Source of the DNA: an uncultured Nitrososphaeraceae archaeon
GTDB taxonomy: Archaea; Thermoproteota; Nitrososphaeria; Nitrososphaerales; Nitrososphaeraceae
Assembly (NCBI GenBank): GCA_963825865.1
Contig: CAWGVG010000015.1
Span: 32,001 to 96,000 of the forward strand
Length of the DNA: 64,000 nt
Direction of reading: 5' to 3'
In this document: piece after piece, positions 23,357-29,725 of the stretch
Layout of the letters: the number at the start of each line of letters is the position of its first letter
Position numbering within the stretch: the first letter of the stretch is position 1
Made by a program: the position numbers and the translations under genes
The notes under the pieces: model-generated
Seen by the model: only the letters and a program-made list of their open reading frames with translations
Told to the model about the DNA's origin: nothing
Database searches by the model: none

Positions 23357-23905
23357 ATGTCAAAGCTAACAAAAGAGCAACGTGAGGAACTAAAACATCT
23401 GGTACTAAATGGTATTGTCCATCATTTTACAATGTCTGAAATCCAGCAGTATATACTACAGAGCAAGCTAAAGACACAAATCAGTATTGACTATATCAAG
23501 CATCTGAAACTAGAATTAAAAAAGGATTCAAAGAAAGAATTAGATTATCTAGCTAAAGACAGATTTGCTTATACCCATTCTATATTCTTTGAACGACTTG
23601 AAGAGCTAAAATCATATCAAAGGACTCTGCATAATATAGTTTTGAACAATCAAGATAAACCAGAAGCACAGGTTAAGGCAATATCTGAGTTGAAGGATAT
23701 CACATTAGAGATTGTAAACTTGTATCAAATGTTACCTGTTATAGTAAGCAATCCTGGAGTACATGTAACTACTGTAGTAGATGATAATAATATTAATATT
23801 AATAATAATAATAATTACTCTACAAGAACAACAACAGCAACAATAAAACAACATCCAGACGGCTGCAACTGTACTGAGTGCTATGATCCAGAAGCAAAAT
23901 TCTAA
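23357..23905 (+). CDS. HTH plus helical-hairpin protein with terminase-small-subunit-like architecture and a Cys-rich tail
   Basis: N-terminal HTH-like FTMSEIQQYI..ISIDYI, long amphipathic helices, HPDGCNCTEC tail. The TerS assignment is inference. Confidence 0.5.
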   Translation: MSKLTKEQREELKHLVLNGIVHHFTMSEIQQYILQSKLKTQISIDYIKHLKLELKKDSKKELDYLAKDRFAYTHSIFFERLEELKSYQRTLHNIVLNNQDKPEAQVKAISELKDITLEIVNLYQMLPVIVSNPGVHVTTVVDDNNININNNNNYSTRTTTATIKQHPDGCNCTECYDPEAKF

Positions 23906-23923
23906 CAGCAAGAATAAAAGGAG

Positions 23924-23952
23924 ATACAGTATAAAAGGGGATTATACTGTAT
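23924..23952. terminator. Perfect 11-7-11 palindrome at the CRISPR trailer end (terminator and/or recombinase core site)
   Basis: ATACAGTATAA-AAGGGGA-TTATACTGTAT, between a converging gene and the array. Confidence 0.7.
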
Positions 23953-23956
23953 TTTT

Positions 23957-24316
23957 ATGTCAATCCTACCATAGTTCGATTCAAACAAGGCTCAAACGTG
24001 CCTGGTACTGCTGACTTATATCCCTTTCAATCCTACCATAGTTCGATTCAAACGTTCCTATCTGTACTAGTCCCTGGTGTTCCTGCTTCCTTTCAATCCT
24101 ACCATAGTTCGATTCAAACTCTTTTTTGTAAATAATCTGGGAAACCTGTTATTTCCTTTCAATCCTACCATAGTTCGATTCAAACATAACAGCAGATATT
24201 CTAAACGTTCATTATGCTTTCTTTCAATCCTACCATAGTTCGATTCAAACTTTCTGCTGTTGTAATGCCTGCTCCTGTTCTATGATCTTTCAATCCTACC
24301 ATAGTTCGATTCAAAC
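23957..24316 (-). CRISPR. CRISPR mini-array: 6 repeats of 30 bp, 5 spacers of 35-37 bp, no cas genes in the window
   Basis: Repeats at 23957 (degenerate terminal copy, ATGT for CTTT), 24024, 24090, 24156, 24221 and 24287. On the minus strand the repeat reads GTTTGAATCGAACTATGGTAGGATTGAAAG, with an ATTGAAAG handle. Confidence 0.97.
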
Positions 24317-24460
24317 TCCCTACTAATACATCCTAAATACACCCTTTATCTATAAACTTTCAGGGTCAACCTCCGATAATGCATTCTCTTTATAAATGCT
24401 AACCATTTTCAGAGGCATAATAAAAATTATATAATGAAGGAGGATTTAAAAAGTCTACAC
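24317..24460 (-). promoter_or_regulatory. CRISPR leader with an archaeal BRE-TATA promoter
   Basis: Minus-strand GAAAGTTTATAGA at 24361-24349, ending 32 bp before the first repeat, on the side opposite the degenerate repeat. Confidence 0.7.
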
Positions 24461-24485
24461 CTCTTAATGCTGGATTGAGGTTAAG

Positions 24486-24779
24486 ATGTCATCTCCAACC
24501 CCTAATCTAATCGAATGGCCAGCCCTTTACCTTATTGCCCAAGTTATAGGGTTTATAGTAGCAATAATAGTGATATTAAAAGTTACACATGATATTACCA
24601 AGAAGCTTACCAGTATAGAAAAAGATGTTGAATATCTCAAAAATACCGTAGAAAAACATACAGAAAAACTAGAAGAATTCACGTATACATATAAGGCAGA
24701 CATATTAGTCAGGCAAGCTCTAGATAAAGCTGAAGAAAAGAAAAAGAAAGAAAGAGAAGGAGAAAAGAAGAAAGAATGA
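24486..24779 (+). CDS. TM plus coiled-coil hypothetical protein
   Basis: One TM then a heptad pattern; ATGA overlap with the next gene. Confidence 0.7.
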   Translation: MSSPTPNLIEWPALYLIAQVIGFIVAIIVILKVTHDITKKLTSIEKDVEYLKNTVEKHTEKLEEFTYTYKADILVRQALDKAEEKKKKEREGEKKKE

Positions 24780-25039
24780 GCAGTATTCCAATAGACTACA
24801 GTAATGAGAAGATGGATTATTTAATGAAGAAGATGTATCTTCATATGCTGACAAAAGAGGAAGCAAGGGAACTTATGCTATTGGTAGAAAAGGAAAAACA
24901 AAAAGCAGTAAAGTATGATGACAAGGAATACCAAGAAATTTTGTCTGGTTTACTGGACTCATTGAAGATGTATATGGCAGGAAAAATTAATCTTTATGAG
25001 AGCAGTATTGTTGATAGGTTGAAAGTTTCAAACGTCTAG
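24776..25039 (+). CDS. Helical hypothetical protein
   Basis: 87-aa ORF, translationally coupled to the previous gene. Confidence 0.7.
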   Translation: MSSIPIDYSNEKMDYLMKKMYLHMLTKEEARELMLLVEKEKQKAVKYDDKEYQEILSGLLDSLKMYMAGKINLYESSIVDRLKVSNV

Positions 25040-25152
25040 TAATCGGTTATCATTAATGTATATCATGTTTATCATCAAGCAATCCATTATCACCGAGAAA
25101 CAAAGAAAAAGAAATAATTAATTATTACTTGTCTCTATTATTGTGATTCGAA

Positions 25153-25458
25153 ATGACAAATAATAATAATAATAATAATAATATAATAATCGTCGATGTT
25201 ACAGTTGCAGACAACCAGATTCGAGCATTGAAACCAAAAGATGAATATCAAACTATGTTAATGCCAAATACTGATACTGAAAAATTATTATGGTGGAATT
25301 CTGTAGATCCAGGTAGGCTTAACAATCGTCTCTATGGCACCTTGAAAGGCCAAGCATTGAAGAAAGCACAGAAATTAGTTGATTCTCAAGGATCAATTTC
25401 TACGAGTGGAGAATATGGCAGTATAGAAATTTCAGAAGAAGATTTTATTCCACTTTAA
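25153..25458 (+). CDS. Hypothetical protein
   Basis: 101-aa ORF. Confidence 0.55.
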   Translation: MTNNNNNNNNIIIVDVTVADNQIRALKPKDEYQTMLMPNTDTEKLLWWNSVDPGRLNNRLYGTLKGQALKKAQKLVDSQGSISTSGEYGSIEISEEDFIPL

Positions 25459-25639
25459 AGTAAAAAATAAAGAATAAGAAAAATATAATATAATATAATA
25501 TAATGTCTAAATAAAATATCAATCAAAGTATAATTATAACTTGCCTCTCAAAGTATAATTATAATTTACACCATATAGGATAAACGTAAATCAATCAGTC
25601 TTTTGCTTCAAAATATAGAGGGGGTTATACTGTATTTTT

Positions 25640-25780
25640 ATGTCAATCCTACCATAGTTCGATTCAAACTAATTAGTGCACTTACCTCTACATTCAAGAC
25701 ATCTGACTTTCAATCCTACAATAGTTCCATTCAAACGTTTGAGTCAGCCCTAATGCTATTTCTATATGTAATTCCTTTCA
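25640..25780 (-). CRISPR. Second, leaderless CRISPR remnant: 2 repeats, a 6-nt repeat stub and 2 spacers
   Basis: Repeat 25640-25669 (same degenerate terminal repeat), 37-bp spacer, repeat 25707-25736 (2 mismatches), 38-bp spacer, CTTTCA stub at 25775. Confidence 0.9.
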
Positions 25781-25828
25781 CTTGATAAACAAAGAAATAA
25801 TTCCTTATTACTATTATAGCCTAGAGGA

Positions 25829-26752
25829 ATGAGCCATATTACTGAAGAACCGTTTTCAAACGAACTTTTCTCTGCAAGGGTACTTCCAACTCTTTTACTG
25901 ATTGTTATGCCATTTGCTTGGGGAATAATATTGCCATATCTTTTTCCAATTTTTCATTTTCACCAGAGCATAGTTATACCAACAATAGGCAAGCACCCAG
26001 TAGTTCCATTCGATTATCTTACTATTGTCATTGTCTTTCCTCCGGGACTTCTTTTTTTCATGTTTTATTATCATTATCGTTTAGCCTTTGCTGACAACTA
26101 TTTTGAAAAAAGAGGTTACCAAATTGCAATTAACGAATATGATTACATAAATAAAGTTCTATATATTGAAGTTGTGCTAATAATTATCTTAACACTTCTT
26201 TTTTATACTCTTCCTCCATCCATGAAAGAAGGCTATTTATCTCCATTACTAGGAGATGGATTTTATTTCCTACAGGCAACATTAATTATTACTGTATACA
26301 ACACGTTCTTTACTTTGAGCTTTTCATATGGTCAAAGAGATTTTAGATTTGAATTTGCAAAAGCCTGTATGAATGTCATTGAAAATAAGAAAGATGAAGT
26401 TAATAAAATCTATTACTTAATGCTAGGATTAGACTCATACAACAAATTCCTCAAAAGAAATATAAAACTTCAGTTTGATGATACAATGGTTTGTTCAAAA
26501 ATAATCTCATCATCTGAGAAAAATCAATCACTTAATTTGATAACTGCATCCTTTAAAGATAATGATAAATTAAAACCAGTTAGTTGCCTATCTAATATTA
26601 TAAAACTTCCTGATAAGGGACAATTTTTGGTAAAAAAACCATTAAAGGGTAAGATAAAAGATGCTGTAACAATTCTAACGGCTATAATTCCTATAGTAAT
26701 TTCGATACTTCAGTTGATGTTTCCAAAATATTTTCAAATGCTACTCAAGTAA
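25829..26752 (+). CDS. Multi-pass membrane protein
   Basis: About 5 hydrophobic helices, 307 aa, intact. Confidence 0.75.
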   Translation: MSHITEEPFSNELFSARVLPTLLLIVMPFAWGIILPYLFPIFHFHQSIVIPTIGKHPVVPFDYLTIVIVFPPGLLFFMFYYHYRLAFADNYFEKRGYQIAINEYDYINKVLYIEVVLIIILTLLFYTLPPSMKEGYLSPLLGDGFYFLQATLIITVYNTFFTLSFSYGQRDFRFEFAKACMNVIENKKDEVNKIYYLMLGLDSYNKFLKRNIKLQFDDTMVCSKIISSSEKNQSLNLITASFKDNDKLKPVSCLSNIIKLPDKGQFLVKKPLKGKIKDAVTILTAIIPIVISILQLMFPKYFQMLLK

Positions 26753-26901
26753 GCAAAAATAATTATGCTTGGAATATTTTTAACTACCCTCTTATGCAGG
26801 TATAGCCAAATTATACAAGGACCGATTAATTATATAATAAGAAAGGTATACTAAAAAATAAAAACAAGTAAACAAAGAAATAATTATTTCCTTGTTGCTA
26901 T

Positions 26902-27094
26902 TATACAGCTAAGAAGGAATGAATGAGGGAAAACAAATAACAACAAGAAGTTGACTTGCTGAACATCTTCATTTTACTCTATCAGGATAATAATAGTAAT
27001 ATGATAGTAGAGTAATGGTAATCAGCTCATTATTATATTATTATTGTTATCCTGTTCCTTCATTCCTTCCTTCCTTTCTATTTCTATTATTTAC
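26902..27094 (+). repeat. Structured dispersed repeat, copy 3
   Basis: Outer stem GAAGGAATGAA (26913) / TTCATTCCTTC (27059); inner 26-bp stem spanning 26983-27054. Confidence 0.85.
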
Positions 27095-27207
27095 TATCAT
27101 ACATTGAAGATGCTTAGGTTATGCACAATATATTCAAAAATTTCCAATCATCAATAGCTTCTACTTGATCACTTTTAACTGACAAATTCATTGTTTCACT
27201 GAGTAAT

Positions 27208-28927
27208 TTGGCAACCTCAGCAGCATGCCAGTATAAAAATGAATTTTATGTTGACTTTACATGTGACCAACCCACCAGAGACACAGAAAGCAAATTCTGT
27301 ATATTTCATGATACAAATTATCTTAAAGACGATAACTATGATAAACACAAGGAAGAAGTAACAAAGAGATTTGAAGATAAACTATCAGAATATTCTTCCA
27401 AAAACATGCCTTTGAAATTTATAGGCTATTGTTTGCCAGAGATTTCATTTAAAGATGAGAAATTTAGTGAAGAGATTCACTTTAATGAAGCCACGTTTTC
27501 TGGAGTAGCAAACTTTGATGGAGCTACATTCTCCAAAAAAGCTCACTTTGATGGAGCTAAATTCTCCGAAGAAGCATACTTTAGTTATGCTACATTCTCC
27601 AAACCAGCTCACTTTTCTGGAGCTAAATTCTCCGAAGAAGCAAACTTTTCTGTAACCAAATTCTACGAAGAAGCAAACTTTTCTGTAACCAAATTCTACG
27701 AAGAAGCAAACTTTTCTGGAGCTACATTCTCCAAACATGCATACTTTTATAGAGCTACATTCTCCAAACGAGCAGACTTTTATGGAGCTACATTCTCCAA
27801 ACCAGCAGACTTTTCTGGAGCTACATTCTCCATAGCCGAGTTTGAAAAGGTCAGGTTCGTAGAGATAGCCAACTTTGATGAAGCTGAATTCAAGGTAGCA
27901 GAATTCACTGAAGTTACATTTTCTAAAGAAGCTAATTTCATTTATGCTAAATTTTCAAACTTAGATTTTTCTCACACTAAATTCTTAAATGAAGTTCGTT
28001 TTTCAGAAGAAAAAAAAATAAAAATTTTTGATGGTGAAACTTTATTCAGATACACAATTTTTGAGCAGCCCAACAAGGCTATATTTGATACAAATGATTT
28101 ATCCAGGGTATCATTTGCTGGTAGTGACATATCTAAGGTAACTTTTACAGATAAAGTAAGGTGGGGTGGAGATGACGGTCTGAAGGTGATTGAAGAAGAA
28201 TGGTTAGAAAAATTAGGAAAGGAAAAGAAGCTAGAAAGTGAACACGAACAAGAAAATGAAATCAAACGAATAAGCTTGGACCTTGTATTATATGTATATC
28301 GTAGGTTAAGAGAGAACTATGAGTTCAAACTCAAATTTGACGAAGCAGGTAAATTCTTTATAAAAGAAATGGAATTAAAAAGAAAGTACAGAGAAGCTCC
28401 TTCACTATCTGCTGTTTTCAAACGTAAATTAATTAAATTCCTTAAGAAATTAAAACTTGTAAATGCTAATGTACAAGAGCCAAAGATTGAATATGTTCTT
28501 AAACAAAATGGAAGACTCAGAAGACATTTCTCGTTAACTGGTTTGTATTATCATCTTTCTACTTATGGTGAAAGCATAGTTAAACCAACTATAATTGGTG
28601 CAATAACGGTTGGACTTTCAACATTGTTTTGGCTACTTCAAAATAATCCAACAGTCGAACCTTCTATTTCTTTTATTGCTAATAATAAATTACATATGGC
28701 TAAAACAGACTTCTGATTTCATTAATGCTACTCAGATTTGGAACAATACACATACATTGAAGGCTTTTGAAAGAAGTCTTGCAGATTTTCTCCCTTTGCT
28801 TTCATTACCAGGTGATATCAAAGTAGGAGTAATAGATTATGTTATCAAAATAGTAGGTGGTGCTCTTACTTTCGGTCTTCTTCTAATAGCTTTGAGAAGG
28901 AAATTTGAAAGAAAATATACACGTTAA
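27208..28927 (+). CDS. Pentapeptide-repeat protein with C-terminal membrane segments; indel near 28700
   Basis: A(N/D)FSGATFS repeats including an exact 30-bp duplication; N-terminal FCIFH; YGES..P and ALRRKFERK in the TM region. Confidence 0.85.
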
Positions 28928-29018
28928 TTACAGCCTATGCAACAATATTTAGTTTAATCAATTTCTCTATTTTAATAATTATTCAAAAGACTTGGTTCGT
29001 TGAGATCAATCATGAAGC

Positions 29019-29258
29019 TTATTCATCCTTATCAGCTAAATCAGTAGTAGTACTGGTAGTATTAGATTTATTACTATTACCGGATTTAGATTTCTTCTTC
29101 TTCTTATCCTTCTGTATATATGGAATGTCAGTCAGAGTATTTGAGATATTATCCCGGCATGTAATAGCCTTGTGGCTTGTGTCAATGCTATACATAAGAT
29201 CCATCAATGGTTCAGTATCTTTATTTCTGTCTAGGTCTTCAATTGACTTTCTTGCCAT
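29019..29258 (-). CDS. Hypothetical protein
   Basis: 79-aa ORF with an ATG start. Confidence 0.4.
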   Translation of the reverse strand: MARKSIEDLDRNKDTEPLMDLMYSIDTSHKAITCRDNISNTLTDIPYIQKDKKKKKSKSGNSNKSNTTSTTTDLADKDE

Positions 29259-29314
29259 GTTGTTATTATTATAATATTATAATAGGACACTTTTATTATT
29301 ATAGATATATAATC

Positions 29315-29533
29315 ATGACAGCAGCAGAAGTAGAGCCACAGGAAGAAGAAGAAGGACCGTTATTTACTAATTCATATGATCTACTAAATACAATATTGGA
29401 TGACGTAAATACTCTAGAGCATAAATGTAATAACACCAAGACAATCGGTGATGTTGTAATGTTTTGGAACAAGTCAAAATTAGATTTATTTAAAATATCA
29501 ACCGAATTGGAATTGCTGAAAGTGTATTTATAA
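29315..29533 (+). CDS. Hypothetical protein
   Basis: MTAAEVEPQEEEEGPLF..., 72 aa, divergent from the previous ORF. Confidence 0.45.
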   Translation: MTAAEVEPQEEEEGPLFTNSYDLLNTILDDVNTLEHKCNNTKTIGDVVMFWNKSKLDLFKISTELELLKVYL

Positions 29534-29725
29534 GAAGGAAGATAAGTCAGGTCTTTGAAGAAAATATAATTTTATAATATTTATAATAATTATATAAAAA
29601 TCATATAATTAAATTATATAAAAATTATATTCTTGGAATATTAGTGATTTTAGTACTAAAGATAACTTCTTTAGTAGCAGTAATAACATAATGTTTCCTA
29701 TAGGCTTACATATTCAATAGATATG

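Larger units (their letters stand above)
5400..29700. mobile_element. ~24-kb integrated composite element (two or more tandem plasmid/satellite-like units); ends approximate
   Basis: Integrase at the left end, two primase/helicase modules, duplicated genes, mini-CRISPRs and hypothetical cargo between htrA and the leuS 3' end. No direct-repeat att pair was found. Confidence 0.85.

Noticed and set aside
11330-25190. (AAT)n and (TAG)n tracts giving poly-Asn runs
   Set aside because: Low-complexity slippage tracts occur throughout this AT-rich sequence and show no specific organisation.
25737-25774. Spacer translates to ...IRADS, like IRADSD in ORF 12293-12613
   Set aside because: The similarity is only at the peptide level; nucleotide identity is too low for targeting.
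25603-25785. 60-aa ORF across the second CRISPR remnant
   Set aside because: It is a chance reading frame through repeats and spacers.
14830-27094. Structured repeat as a hammerhead ribozyme or canonical attC
   Set aside because: No correctly placed CUGANGA/GAAA core on either strand and no RYYYAAC...GTTRRRY ends.
27480-27960. 30-bp periodic repeats resembling a CRISPR array
   Set aside because: They are in-frame pentapeptide-repeat coding units with no unique spacers.
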